A stretch of DNA of 62,241 bases, filler included, from Choristocarpus tenellus KU-1152 (GCA_964200185.2; 11 parts of 11 records of this genome joined end to end with filler, not necessarily neighbours in it), one strand, 5' to 3'; positions 1 through 13,972 are shown, counted from the first letter of the whole stretch. Numbers and translations: made by a program. Notes: generated from the sequence alone by a model not told the origin.

Positions 1-20
1 CCCCCCAGATACTTTGGGTC
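1..20. mobile_element. MITE family B, terminal fragment
   Basis: CCCCCCAGATACTTTGGGTC is the family B terminal inverted repeat. Confidence 0.7.
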
Positions 21-47
21 GGAAGTCTTTCCTCCACACTGCCAAAC

Positions 48-3000
48 CTTAAGGGAGCACATGAACACCGATCCATCAGCAGATGAGGTAAAGAGATGGC
101 GCCCATCTGCTGTGACCACCATTGACGTGATTGGGCTGCTGTGAAGGCAGACCTGTGAGCCCAGGCGTTTGTTCATATGTGTGATATTTGAAAGAAGTAA
201 ATACCAGCATCCCAAGCATCTCCACATGAACTTTTAGATTCGTTATACGTTTTTGTTTGCCCCAAAATACTCAGAGGAGTGTGTATTACACCTAGCGTGC
301 TATATTTTTATGCTGACTAATAGAGACAGGCAAGTCAGATGAGGGCATGCACTCATTCACCCCACAGTCTTGGGCCCAATTCTCATTTTAGACGTACAGC
401 CCTCATCTGTGCTATTCAAGTCTTCAGTGTGAATAAAGGCGGAAACAAAGCACCAATAGAACACCATGTACGCCCCAATGAGTCAACACCAATTCATAGT
501 CCTTACAATCTTTCCAAACTCTTTCATCATATTACGGCATTACTCAGAAACCCCTAGTGCCTGCTTTCCCACAACTCACTTGGGCTGCTGGTATGACCTC
601 CTCCTCTTTTTCTGCACGTTCATCACTACCCACACTGCTGCGACGAAGCAGGCAACCCCAGTCAAAGGCAAGTGCCAAACCCTGTGTAGTCCCCGCAAGT
701 AGGAGATTGCGAGGGGGGGGGGCTAGCACCCTCCCCTCAAATGCAGTGGCACACAGGGAAGTGATGTGGTATCCTTCTGAAACTCGGGCTTCCAGGCCTG
801 CCTTTGGGATCGCTTCCACTTTCTTGGGCCAGACGTAGATGTATGATGATGGATAATGAATAGGGACTGAAGATAGTGGGGAAGCTTTGGGTGGGAGAGT
901 CCCCTGCTCTCGACAAACCAAATTATTGCGTTGCCCCCTCCTGCCATCAGCAGGGTCATTCGCAATGCCTCCTCCTCCTCCGTTGCTACTCCCACCCACC
1001 TTCTTCCTATAAACATTTGGAGTGCAGCAGGCCACAGCACCCCCATCATATCCCGGGCCTGCAACTACATCTTGGAAGTTGATGCTCTTGCTGCAGAAGA
1101 CGCCACGGTGGAGGTGACTCTGTGGAAGTGCTCCCATCCCAGAACCAACCTAGGGTGTAGTGTTTCCGTTGTATGGGGTGTCAGAAAGTGGTGGGTAGGG
1201 TATGGCAAATGGGTAGGTTTAGGGTTTTCTGGGGTGAGAGATACTGCCTGGAGTTGAAAGCAGTGGGAAATTCAGATTGGGAGTATACCAGAGGAGATCA
1301 GAGAGGTGAGCACAAGGTGAGAGGGGTAGAATCAAGTGACCTACTGAAAGTGAGAAGGTAAGAGCCGTGTCATTATTAGTCTGTTGGCATCAGAAACGCT
1401 CTTTTACCTGTCTCAAAGATACAATAGGACTTTTTTCTAATCTTCAAAGAAGAAAATTTTCCTTGAATAGTACAAACAGCTGGTGCTGAGTAATGGGTAC
1501 TCCTCAAAATACTGGTGAAGCAATGCAAGTGGTGAGTGATTTGAAGTCATCAAACATATGTACAGAACTGTATGGGACACACACATTTGGGGCATATTCT
1601 GAAACATTCAATACAAGGGTGGTCTTCGCTGGATGATCCCTAAGTATTGTTGCAGATGGTTTTCTTCTTTAGTCAAATATTGCCATCCTTGATCAAGAAA
1701 TTGGGTAAGGTTGACACTAAAAGCATTTCATTTTCACATACAAGGCTTTGTCATAGCTATTTGTCGTTAATGTGTTACATACTACAGCTCAATGTTGGTA
1801 TCTCTCTGAATGTGGGAACTTTCAAAAATACCCTTCCAGATCGTAGAGATATTCCGAGTCTGTTGCAGTAGGGTTACCTCCCACTCAATGAGATATTCTT
1901 CTGCAGCTGTCCAGCACCTCCGGTCATCCTGGCTCCAGTAAAAGGCATTTACATCAGCTACATGACCAGTGAGCGTCTGCACTCGACCTAATCTTCCTCC
2001 CGAGAATCCTCCAGCATACATACCTAAAATCTGCAATGCCATGCCAAACACAATACTAATCTCATTAAAAAAAATCAGTTAGATTCTAGAGGAAGATAGA
2101 GAAGCTAGGGTTCATTCTTGAGGGAGAAGAGGAGTATTTTTAAAGGGTATTCTTGTTGCACCTGTTGATTCAAGCCAACGCTAAGGATAGGAAAAGATTC
2201 CTGTTAGCATTGCTTTCCTTATGATGGCTTAGAGATCTAGCCTGCGTTTCACGTGAGCAAATAAATTACGTTTGTGCCCTGTTACCTCCCCTATCCCCCA
2301 ATCTTAGAACCTGGTGAGTTAGGTAAAGGGTGAAAAGGGGAGTGAGGCATGGTCTTTGAGAGGTAAAGGTAATAATAAACTAATGGAGTTCTGAATCCTC
2401 CCCATGTACTGCACAGGAACAGGAAGAAGTACCTCACACTACAACAGTGATCCCAACCCAGCTGCCTGTGGTTGCCACAATCCCTTACATCTCTTTGATT
2501 GAATTCTTACTCATGCTGCGCGCCTATGAATGACTTTCCCCCTAGCCCCTAATCCATGGTGTTGTCATCAACCAGAATGCTTCCTTTCCCCAACTAGACA
2601 CATATCTTTCATCCTTTCCAAATGAGTGAAAGTATCTTAGTGGGCACAAGTTTTTCCGTGTTTGTCCATTTGGGGCTTGGCTTCCCATGGGTTATTTTAT
2701 GACATTTTCCTTCTCCAAAATGTTTAGGAATAGGTAAAGTGTAAATGTTATGAGAACGTTTGTCCGGAACGAGGATATTGACACTTCCTAACAAAAACTA
2801 TAGCCAAAATTGCATCGAAATCGCTGCATTGGATTTTGGCCCCCAAATGGACACGGCTCTACCCTCTAAGATACTTTGGCTCAGATCGGTTCTATCAAAG
2901 TCCTAGACAAGGACTCTTTCCTGAGCAAAGCTTAGACCTGACACTCTCAACACTTTCCCGCTCTCAGTACCTTGTTATCTAAAATATTAAGATTGTACCT

Positions 3001-6000
3001 GCACCGCCTTCCCTGTGATGACAGCCAGAAGGTGCCCGCCATTGGAAAAATGTAGTGCACTAACAGGGTCATAATTGATGAATGTCTCCTTGTGACCGGG
3101 GACTCCAAACATGCCCTTTATATGGAATTCCTGGTCACAGTGAAGGGTATCTGTTGGAATTCCAACATCTCCTGCACCCTCGCCTTCATTACTACCCATG
3201 TCCATGGAATGAAATCCTTCATCTTTGGATGGATTTCCAAGAGAGTCAAGATCAACCTCCTCCTTCCCAAATTTCGCTGTCCCTGTCTCTCCCTCAACCC
3301 CCAGCTTGACCCCAATCCCCACAATATAGTAAAACCCCACAAAATCATGGAAGGCAACTGCCACACTGTCCCCTGAAGGGTGGAGGGACACAGCAACTGG
3401 CCGCACAGAGTCTTCACCATCAATTTTAGCGCTTCCTGTACCGTGGTCCCCACTTCCCTTGCCATCTCTGTCCTTGACACTGCATTCTGCATCACTGTCA
3501 GGTTGACCAACTTTGCCCCCATCATTGCCGCGTTTTCTGACACCCACACCACTACCTGAGACTTCCCCTTCAATCAAGGCTTCAGCAGGAGGCCACTCGT
3601 TGAACCAATGCCTAACCATAAGCCTTTTGGATTGGTAATTCCATACACACAGTTGCGCAGGTACCGAAGGGATGATTCCTGCTAAGAGGGGTTTACGTGT
3701 GCTCAGGGAGAGGCATGTTAGGCCCCTACCTCCAGTTCTTCTATCCATGTTCTGTTTCTCCTTGCATCCCTCACCCACACCCCCAAGACCCCACACCACT
3801 GGTTCAAAGAGGACTCTTGATCTCATGCTTTTACTTGCACCTCGCCAAGATCCATCCCTAGTTCCTTCTACCCCTGCGAGGTTTACCCCTTGATTTGCTC
3901 CTTTTCGACCACCAGGAGCTTCAAAGAATGCTGTGTGTCCACCACTGTTGCATAAATGACTGCCAGCAACATCGCACTTGCGGTAAGAATCATCCATGTC
4001 CCTTCCATTTTTCCGTCCTGATACCAGAATAGTACTTGCACCTTCCCCCTCCATGGTCTTGGACTCATTTGCCTCCCTTCCAAGTGAGGCTTCGAATGCA
4101 TCCAAGGCTTTCGCGAACCCCCGACCAAGGTCCTGTTCCTCTCCTGGATTGGCCCCCAAGCCAACTGAGCTCGTTGGCGCAAAACTCCCATCTGTTCTAT
4201 TATCATTCAATTGTATCCCATCTCCCAAGACTCCTCCTTCTCCACTTTGCCCTGGTGTATTTGACGCAGCAACTGCTTTGGCTCCCCTGCGACATCTATC
4301 ATCAGTACGACCTCCACCTTTGCCTCCACTGTTGAATCTATGGTTGGTGGTGTAATTGTCAAAGAGGATGCCAGCATCAAGGAAGCCAATGTCCCCACTG
4401 CTTGAGCCCGCCAACACCTGACATAGATCCAAAGTGTTGGGCAAGAGCTTTGCTAGATGGTGCTGGACCAAATATTATGAAATATATTGAAACTTAAAAC
4501 ATGCCAACCTTTGTAAATTCTACAAAGTGGATGTGTTGATTCATATATATATATAGCAGGCAATGATGAAGGTGAAGTAGGGCTGTAGAAAGAGGTTTTC
4601 AACTATGATTTGCGTAGCCACAGATTCAAGTGGAGCAGGGAACTGTTGCAAAGAGTCAGTAGGGAAACAAGAAAGATTCAATCTCGAGTGTAACCACAAA
4701 AAAGAGTAATTTTTTCCTACACACATATGCTTCAAGAAATGATGCTTTGCTGACATGGTTTTCCTTTCCCAAGAAGACGAAGACAAACCCTTTAAACACA
4801 TGACATCAACCTTAGTTTCCTTTGTGCCTCCTACCTCCTGGCCTTAAGCACCACCACCTGCTCATCTTCCTCGGCTCTCCTACAATTGACACCAAACCCT
4901 GCCCTAGTCAATAATAAATCCCACTTATCTAGCTTACATTCCCACACTTGTTTAACTCTCACTACTTTTTCTCCTCACATGTAGACTGCTGTTGTCCCCG
5001 CCTTGTAGTTCCAGAATATCTCCGCTGCAAGCAACAACTGACCTTGCCAGGAAAAAATTACCTACCGCCCTGCCCAACTGCCCTGCACCTCGCCCGTCTG
5101 CCTTCATTTGAACGGCAACACCTCCATTGCCATCCCTACCCAGCTCCTGATCGAACACCAGAATACATCCATCTGATGCACCCACAAGGAACCCACCACC
5201 GTGAGCTACAACAGAGTGCAGAGTTCGACCCTTGATCCTGTGGCTGGTGCTTCTCCGGATATCCCCAATACAATCACCAATAGCATGGTCATACTCTCCT
5301 TGCTCCCCAACCAAGTTTCGTACAGTTCCTTGCCCTCCACCTTGTCCTTCCATCTCCAACCTTGTACAAGACTTTGCCCCAGTCCTTACAGTGTTAAAAC
5401 CTGAATCTGACCCTGACCCTGGTCTTACCTCACCGCAACGTTTGGACTGGGTTCCTACCCCACCCGATGACCCATTCCAACACTGCAGGACATCTTTTGA
5501 GGAGACAACAGCCACAAAGTTCTCGTAGGCAACCAGGACTAGCCTATCTGCACTCAGCCATGCCACATCCCGCAAGGAGAGGTCCTTCATGCATTTTAAG
5601 GAGTTGATGTGTTGGTGTATTGATGGTCATTTAGTGAGTTGTGTGTTCAAACAAAGAATTGTATTATGTCTGTGCTTCAATAAAATTTATATGTGCAGTG
5701 TACGCTTCATCGTTTCTTGACTTCCCCATATAATGGGGTTTGATTGGGTTCAGGCCTCATGTAAGATGGCAACTGCTCTAGGAGGGAGGTAATGATATTG
5801 GGGTGGTTGTTTCCACAAAATAGCATTACTTGGCTTGTAGCTATTTCTTAAAAGAGGGTGTGAGTGCAGCTCCACGGAAGACGTAGTGCATGAGGGATAC
5901 CAATCAGGCAAGCAGGCAACACTCAACACGAACATTACACCCATTGTGAAAGGACAGTGGAATAGATTGGTAGAGATGGGCTCTGCATTGATGAGTGGGG

Positions 6001-7289
6001 CAGCATGAGTCATGGGTGGACTTGATACTTCTTTGTGCTTGACGGAGGGCTAGCCCACTGGTTTTCCATCATCACTCCAACCCTTCTTCCACGTATACGT
6101 GAGTACTACAGAGTGTGTTGGGCTTGGGATTTTTTTGGTGTGATAGTGAATTGTAAGGTGTCAAGCGTTTCCTCTCTGAATTTAGTGGGATCCATACAGC
6201 CTGAAAGTTGACTATGCTCTCTATCAGTCCATAATGCATACAGAGGGGATGGGCAACGCCTTGTATCCTCTCTGTCGGTTTTTTTTGTTGTTCCTATGCG
6301 TTTGGAGTAGGACGGAAGAAATCCCTTTGCACTTCCGGTGCTGATATAAGATGGTGATTATGAAGGTATGGTCATGTCGTGATATCGTGACCTTGTGGTG
6401 TCGGTTCCTATGCTCAATGACCCGTCAAGTAATGTTAGGTACAAATCTTCCACTCATAGCTCCTTCTCACCTCACATAGACCAGTTATGGGGGTCATTGT
6501 TGCCATGGTATCTCTTCCCTGTACATGCCATATTCTAAAGTGCCCACCGTCTCCCACTGTTGCAAGCTTTAGTGGGCCATCTTGAGGGGAGAAGGCTATC
6601 CTCGTCACTTGAGCGTGTACGTCCACTGTGAGAACTTGATGTCCTGTCTTCCACTTATACCCAACCATCTTCCAATCTGCTCCTCGTGCCAGCACCATCA
6701 GCACCTGACTATCGTGAGAAAAACAAGCTGACTCGAACCTTACTTTTGTTCTTGACGGAGCCCCTTCGTCATCATTTTCTTTGCCGTTGACCTCAATCCC
6801 GACACCTTCGACGAGGCGGCCAACTCTCCGACCCATCTGTCCTTTGACCATGTAGTTCAATGTCCGAACCCTCGACGGACGTGGTTGTGTGGGAATGTGA
6901 TATATCGTAGCGTAGGCGCTAAAAGGTCGCCCGTAAGCTATATAACACACGGCTAAGAAGCGTTTCGTGGTGTCACACGCTAAAGCGGAGACTTGGAGCA
7001 CTCGCAGTCCTGTGCTGAGGAAGGAAAGTTTGTCGTTGGAGTCTGCGGAGGTTTTCCCATGGCTTCGTCCTTCTCGTGATCTTGACGAGGTTACAGCCAC
7101 ACGAGATCCGACGGTATAGGCTATTCGATTGCCACCGAGCAAGCAAGTATTGTTACGAACGCTTTTGGGACATGTGCCGAAGGCATGTTTTATGCCTACA
7201 CAAGGGCGATTGTCGTCGGATTCGATATTGTCTAGGCCCTCTTCTAGAGAGGAAACTGGAGGTGGAGGCGAGACCCCGGAGTGAAACAT
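48..7289 (-). CDS. CFAP57: CFAP57/WDR65-like flagellar WD40 protein, multi-exon, 3' part (coiled-coil half) outside the window
   Basis: Approximate exons 7289-6471, 5585-~4975, 4417-~3000, ~2030-1877, ~1150-~580 and 152-48. Motifs occur in CFAP57 order: ALACDTTKRFLAVC, TCLSLSTRKPLLAG..LCVWNY, VAVSLHPSGDSVAVAF, LHFSNGGHLLAV, LTGHVADVNAFYWSQDDRR..EYLIEW, LHSSPITSMVVTADGRHLFTSSADGSV. GT-AG boundaries are visible; some internal boundaries are uncertain. It may be a divergent paralog. Confidence 0.8.
2624..2882. mobile_element. MITE family A (~259 bp), in a CFAP57-like intron
   Basis: TIRs GAGTGAAAGTATCTTAG ... CTAAGATACTTTGGCTC; flanks AAAT/AGAT; aligns by eye with four other full copies in the window. 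Confidence 0.85.
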
Positions 7290-7615
7290 GATCCTTTACT
7301 GTCTGGTTTATCACCTATGTGGCTTCCGCATATGTTTAATTGGAGCGGGTGACCTATGTGCGAGACTGTACTGTGTTGCAAGGCGTGGGCATGCGTTACA
7401 TTGCCGTTTTGTGTGTATAATATCCCACTAAGCATCTTGAGAAAAACACCCTACGTATTAAACATAATTTTCACGTAATAATATGATAACATATTTCATA
7501 TCATGGCACACCCCATTCTTCCTTACATAGAGTTCTACAATAATTGCATTCTCTGAAGTGTTTTTCAGAGTGTTACTGCGACAAAAACATAATAAGTACG
7601 GTACACCAATTTCAT

Positions 7616-9635
7616 ATGTCCTTCGATAATTTTTTTACTTCGAAATTTTGGATCCCGAAGATCGTCCCTCCACAGAATATCGGATATTCTAGGCATTACC
7701 TGTGTCTTCTATCTACAGGGGTAATTATTGAGGGTCTTCCAGAAACTGCATCGGGAAGCATACCATGCATGGTAATTTCTTGCCAATAACAGAAGGTCGA
7801 GAGAGGTAATGGGATATGTGTTGTGAGGTGTGTGTGTTGTGGGGTGCACTGTGTGTGCTCTATTGCTGAACTTGGTATAATAGGGTGTGCTTGTGGGCTC
7901 ACACATATCAAATCTATCAAGTAGAAAATGCTTCAAGATTGCCTTCTGGTTTGTCACCTAGGGGGTTGGGTTGGGGTTACAAAAAGCGGTAGTGGAGTAG
8001 CACCTGCAGATAGTCAATCCTTCCCCACTAACACCAAGGAAGCACGCCATGGAGTTGAGGCGAAATGAAGTATTTTTGATGCTACTGACTTGTGCTCAGT
8101 ACCTCGTAGTACCACCTGTCCATAGATAGTGCTGCTGCTACACTATAGACACCACCAGTGGAGTAAATTAGGAAAGATAGAGTCAGATATGTGTTTCCAT
8201 GTATTTCAGTTGAGCTCTACCCAACCTTCATGTATAGCAGGGACCTGATATTAGGTTATCCGTTCATGTATCATACATGGTACATATGATCCAGTGAAAG
8301 TATTATTTTCTGATTATCCATTTGGACATTGCAAATCCCTCATGGTAGTCTACACCTGTCTCACCCCATAAGTCCAGTCAGTGGAATTGAGACCACAAGC
8401 CCCTTGCAGTACTAACATTATATATTCACACCAAGCTACTTATTTACCTCTACTAATGCACACGATTGATCTTCTTAACCACGGATCCAGTATGGAATAT
8501 TTCAACAGCACCAACCCCAAAAACCGATTCTCTATGCCCTGAAATATATTACTACCACTATAGAGTACTACTTCGAAACACTAGATAGACTCTTGAAGAG
8601 ACACCCATTGGTTAGAAGTTGGTTTCATCTTTTGCTGATTTTTTATCGTTTTCTCTTTTTCCTTCCTTGCACCACACCTCCCTTTTGCGCTGCAGTCGGC
8701 ATATCAATTGTTTGACCTGCCCTTCCATGTCTGTGTGCGTGATGGTGCAATAAAGGGTTAATGCACATTAGATACTACATTTTGTGTAGTTGACCTTAAC
8801 ACTTACCGAGAGTTATGTCCCACATTCTCTATGATTCACATATTGGTTTCATATCATATATTCCAATAATGTTTACTACTTCATGGTATTTCAGTAGATA
8901 TTTTGAAATAGTTTTAGTTTTTTTTAATGAAATTTTCAGATATTTGTTGCTATGTACTTCAAAGTAGTGTTAGTATTAGTAGTGCTTGTTGGTAGTTGGG
9001 TATTAGTTACATATGTTTGAATATTGTCCGTTACACATTACCATAATAGTACCAACTACTCGAAATAGTACTTAAGTATTGCAGTAGTTGCCCGTTATTG
9101 ATTACTTACTCTTTTTGTTCATTCGCTAAAAAATTAATCAGTCATTTTTTAATCCAATATTTCATTCATTTGTTGGTTGGTCGAAAGAATGCTGGTCGTC
9201 TAAACGAGGGAGGTGGGTTCTCTCACTCTTTCCACGCTTTTCACCACGATATTAAACTAGGAAGACTCTTCCAGGTTGAAGATCCTTGCGCTTCAACTAC
9301 TACTGTACATTAAGGCTGTACGGTGGTAGAGCTCTACTACTGCATGTTTCAAATAGAGGTCTCTGAAATGTGACAGCTAAAACGAGATACCATACAACTT
9401 CGCAGGTAGAGCTTACTTTCTCGAAGAACTACAAGAACTGGAAGAAACTACAAATGCATGCATCGCAGATGATCTTGACCGCCTTGGAGTATTTAGGTTG
9501 TCATTTGATTGGGCTGTTCGATTTCCACAACCCAAACTGTATGTAGTAAGCAGATTTTTTTGTTTTGTATTGTGAAACAGGTGGAAACAGCCGACAGGTT
9601 CTTCGTAATGAAGGGGAGCGGGAAGATCCACAGGA
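7616..9635 (+). CDS. Hypothetical spliced protein, divergent from the CFAP57-like gene, truncated at contig end
   Basis: Phase-compatible GT-AG exons 7616-7771, 9189-~9274, 9406-9496 and 9581-9635 give one open frame (MSFDNFF...PCM/NAGRLNEGG...LFQ/VELTFSKNY...LEYL/GGNSRQ...). No family recognised. Confidence 0.4.
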
Positions 9636-9735
9636 NNNNNNNNNNNNNNNNNNNNNNNNNNNNNNNNNNNNNNNNNNNNTTAATTAATTAANNNNNNNNN
9701 NNNNNNNNNNNNNNNNNNNNNNNNNNNNNNNNNNN
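9636..9735. other. Artificial contig spacer (first of 10)
   Basis: 44 N + TTAATTAATTAA (stops in all six frames) + 44 N. Identical spacers at 16993-17092, 20576-20675, 29039-29138, 36894-36993, 41125-41224, 46158-46257, 49408-49507, 52066-52165 and 58966-59065. Confidence 0.98.
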
Positions 9736-9775
9736 CCAAATGGACGCGGCTCTACGCTCTAAGATACTTTGGCTC
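9736..9775. mobile_element. MITE family A, terminal fragment at contig end
   Basis: CCAAATGGACGCGGCTCTACGCTCTAAGATACTTTGGCTC matches the end of the 2624-2882 copy. Confidence 0.85.
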
Positions 9776-10151
9776 AAGAGAGCGGAGGAAAGAGGACATG
9801 GATGAGGCTGCTGGGGTTGCCAGTACTGTCATGGGCTATGGGAGTCAAGTTGCAACCCATATCCTCCATGGAAGTTTTGCCTCCAAGTGCATGCAATCTC
9901 CGTCCCTTCTCTCCCTCTATTCTCCAAGTCTGATTGCTAGGAAGTTGTCACTGAACCAATACCTAACAACATGACTACCATGGTAATGCACACCAAGATG
10001 GACAGCACCAATTTCTTGTGTACTGGTGAGAGATACACACACAAGGTGGAGTACACTATGACAAGCCCAACGAACAAGAAAATCACCTAGAACAACACAG
10101 CAGTTAGAAGCACTATACCAGCTGCATCTCAAGCCTTGCCCAGTTACCCAC

Positions 10152-10923
10152 CTCTGCTTGTCGAAGATTGGACAAAGTAGGGCCATGTGTTGTGGCTAAG
10201 ATTGGCATTGCTTGCCGCTCCCTTAAAGCTGCATCGAGGTCAGCAGGGCCAACAAAAGGCAACAGCTGCCCCACTGTGTTTTGGTAAGTGCGCAAGAGTG
10301 TCCACTCCTTCAAAATTGGGCTAATGGTACCTTCTGAAGGTGTTGCCTCCCCCTGTCCAGGTGCCTCAAGGGAAATACCCTGAGAAACTGGGGACATCGA
10401 CTTGATGTTTGGGAGGCAAACCAGTTTTGGGCTCACAGCGGGTGTGTGTATGGGCGGGAGGTAAGAGCTGGGCGAACTAGGCAAGGGGTATGCTGCCAGC
10501 TCCCCTGGGGTTGGTTTCGGGCCAATAGAGTCCCTTGGTTTTGGTCCAGTTTTCTCCTGCAACAGTTCGATTTGAAGCGGTGTTTATGTTGTTAAGTCGT
10601 ACTACGCCATGTTCGCACCAGGAGTTCAGAGGGCGAGGGTGTCAGGAAATCCCATCGTGTGTGTTGTACTGGTGCAAGGGGCATGAAGTTTCCAACTTCT
10701 CTGAGGTGCACATCACTCCCATGCTTGGTAATCGTCAACACGTAGCAATAGTAGCACACACCTTTGGAGAAAAGTGGCAATCCATATCGCGTTTCTCACA
10801 CTGCTGGCACCCGATAGAGCCTTCATCTCGCACACATTTGACACGCTTAGCATGGCAATAGTCACACGCTGCCCTTATTCCCCGCACCCCATTGCCTTCT
10901 CCATCTGCACTCCTTGGTCTAGC
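10152..10923 (-). CDS. Zn(II)2Cys6 binuclear-cluster (GAL4-type) transcription factor, partial
   Basis: Exon 10923-10762 encodes ACDYCHAKRVKCVRDEGSIGCQQCEKRDMDC (C-x2-C-x6-C-x8-C-x2-C-x6-C). It splices in frame to exon 10556-10152, which gives the basic linker SPKEKTGPKPR and LKEWTLLRTYQNTVGQLLPFV. The 5' and 3' exons are unresolved. Confidence 0.85.
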
Positions 10924-12692
10924 CTGCCATGATGAAAGGGGAAAACGAGGTACAACAACAAAGGGGACGTGAAAGGGTGAGTCAGGTGCCAATAAATTTT
11001 CCCAAAGACATCATTCGTGTCACTGGGTGAGGGTGGGTAGGAGAGGGCGAATTTTCGAGCTAAGTTTTGGTCCTGGTCTCATGGGCTAATTGCCATCACA
11101 AAGAACTGAAAGCACACTGACAAATACCCACAAAGATTTGGACAGAGTTATCAACATGCCTGATATGGGGAAATTTGATTGTTACGTATGTGTAGTAGGA
11201 GGTCCCAGAAATTCACTCACTATTTACATTCAACTCTGTGTATAGGCTCGCCGCTCTCCTCAACCTGACACTAGACTATATAATGTTTGCTTGGCCTAGT
11301 GTGCAATGAAGAAATATGCATGCCCTCCACCTGGAACTCGACTTTAACCGGAATCAAACCAACCAAATTTTCTGTTGGTCTGTCGCCTAACTTAGATAGA
11401 GCCTAACTGATAGGACAACAACAAGTAATGCACTTCCCCAGCTGACATCATGCACATTCCCATCAAGCCCGGACACCGTACTATCAGGTGGAAGCAAGGT
11501 TGACCGTATCCTGAGTCCCCCTCTCTCTCCCACGGGATTTGATATAGACAAGGTGCTACATGGCAGATGACACTGACACAATGGAGTTGGTCATAAAACC
11601 CAAGTTACCCTCTCTACAGCAGCTTCTTGTCTTTAGCCACACGTCCACCCCATCCTACCCTCAACAACGCCGGTGGAGATATCTCCAGAGCACCGAGAAC
11701 AGCAAACGCACTGTGCATCCCTCTGTGAGCAGAGTAGGGGAGCTTCAGGGTTTATTTATGGGATGGTGATACTGATTCAGGTGGATGTGCATGGCGTGTG
11801 GAACCAAGCCAGAAAAAGTAGTTTATTCTTTGGTGTGCCACATCCGCCCACATGCAGTTCATGACCAATAAAGAACCTGCCGAGAACAATCCTGTAAGCT
11901 TCAGAGATTATGCATGTACCGGCTGCCATATGACACTGTGAGTAATGGAGAACACTGCCTTTTGAAAGGGCATTAGAAACAATTTACAGTTTCTTAGATT
12001 GTCAAGTGGAGCGAGCTCAAACAGTAATGATCAAAGTCCCCCCACATTCTCCATTCAACGGTATATGATGTAGATTTTTTCCCCCTCAACCGTCTCTGAT
12101 CGTAGGGGAGGCCACCCAAAAAATTCCCCTAAGGGCATGGGGCCCTTCCTTCCCCTCAAATGATGTGTTCAAAATGGTGTTGACTTGCATACATTTTATC
12201 TAGTTGATGTGATGATTCAAGCAATAACTTTGTCTAGTAATACAATAACAGGTTAGGGCATGAGCCTTATTGCTAGCATCACACATCAATAGTTGGTAAG
12301 GTGGGCCAACATATCTTAGAGGGGATCAATATCTATGCAGAAAATAGGGCAAGTCTTCTGTCAGACACCCATTTCCCCATGCCTGAAATACGACTGATTC
12401 CCTTTACAAAGCTGTGGCTATAGAAGACGAGATGAGCATTCATCAACATAAGCATGAAATTGCCCTCCAGAGCACAAAAAGGTGCATGGCCAGTACGCAG
12501 GCAGAGGGGCTCCAAATACTCAATGATACCCCCCTCTGAAATAGGATGACTCATATCTTTACTGCTAATTTCATGCCTTTGCTATGACGGGTGGAATGAG
12601 ATCTGAGTACAGGTAATCAAAAACGCCAACAGTCAGACCATTTGGTACAGGTTTGATGGAACATTCAAAACAGATAATGCAAAAACCAAATT

Positions 12693-12957
12693 GAATAAAA
12701 TATCTTAGAGGGTAGAGGCGTGTCCATTTGGGAGGAAAAATCCAATATTGCGATTTCGATGTAATTTTGACTATCGTGTTTGATAGGAAGTGTCAATGTC
12801 CATGTTCTGAACACACCTTTTCATAACGTATACATTCTACCTACTGAAAACATTTTGGAGTAGGAAAACGTTATAAAAAAACCCATAGGAAGCCAAAAGG
12901 GTATACCCCAAATGGACAAACAGGGCAAAAGTCGTACCCTCTAAGATACTTTCACTC
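12693..12957. mobile_element. MITE family A
   Basis: Same TIRs (left one degenerate); exact 4-bp target duplication AATT on both sides. Confidence 0.85.
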
Positions 12958-13713
12958 AATTGTTAGGGATGTCCAGTTATTATTGTTGATGTTGTGGTGG
13001 GTTATGAGCACCAGATGGGCGAGAAGTATGAACATAAGCACTTTTTTTTCTTTAAAGGGACAACCAACCTCAGAGCACTGAGTGTGTGCAAACAGTGCAG
13101 TGAGGTACTTAACGACTCAGCAGCGTGCTGCAGAGTGTTACACTGGAACTTAACCTGCCAGGCTCAGAGTACATAATTTTGTGGTCCTTTACAATTGACC
13201 TTGTAATTCCAGTACCTTAATATCAATCAGGTATCCTCCAGCAAAAATCGGACAAGCTGACAATTGAAACAACAATAAGTGTGTTAATTTTATTTGGTTC
13301 AGGGCACAAGATAGGAACCATGCAATGCTAAGAAAAGCTAAGTCCGCCCCCCATCAACTGAGTTGGTATTTTCCCGGATAGAAATCCCCTCTATCATCAC
13401 CTGGATCCACACGACCATGAAACCCAAACCATCCACTCACTATCCAGCACACAATAATCCATTTGTGAAATAAATCGAATTTCGAATTCCTTGTCGTACA
13501 CTTACAACATTTGACACATCAACTCAAAATATTCTTCATCACCACTAGATCAAATTTCCATGCTCAAATTAATACTCTCCTTCCATCTGATATCACACAC
13601 TACACAATACCTTGCAAACATTGCCAAGGTATGGAAAATACTATCCTACCCTACATTGCATCGAGTTGACCTCTTTGTTCACATGATAGACTGTTCCAAT
13701 TCGCTTGAGTTCT

Positions 13714-13972
13714 GACCCAAAGTATCTTAGAGGGTAGAGCCGCGTCCATTTGGGGGCCAAAATTCAATGTTGCAATTTTTTATGTAATTTTGGCTATCAT
13801 GTTCATTAGGAAGTGTCAATATCCTTGTTCTGGACACACCTTTTCATAACGTACACATTTTACCTACTCCGAAACATATTGGAGTAGGAAGGTGTCATAA
13901 TAAAGCCCATGGGAAGCCAAGCCCAAACGGAAAAACAGGGCAAAATTCGTACCCTCTAAGATACTTTCACTC
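13714..13972. mobile_element. MITE family A
   Basis: GACCCAAAGTATCTTAGAGGGTA ... TACCCTCTAAGATACTTTCACTC; exact 4-bp target duplication TTCT. Confidence 0.9.

Noticed and set aside
557-5528. Numerous plus-strand ORFs over the CFAP57-like gene
   Set aside because: They are antisense shadows of long coding exons.
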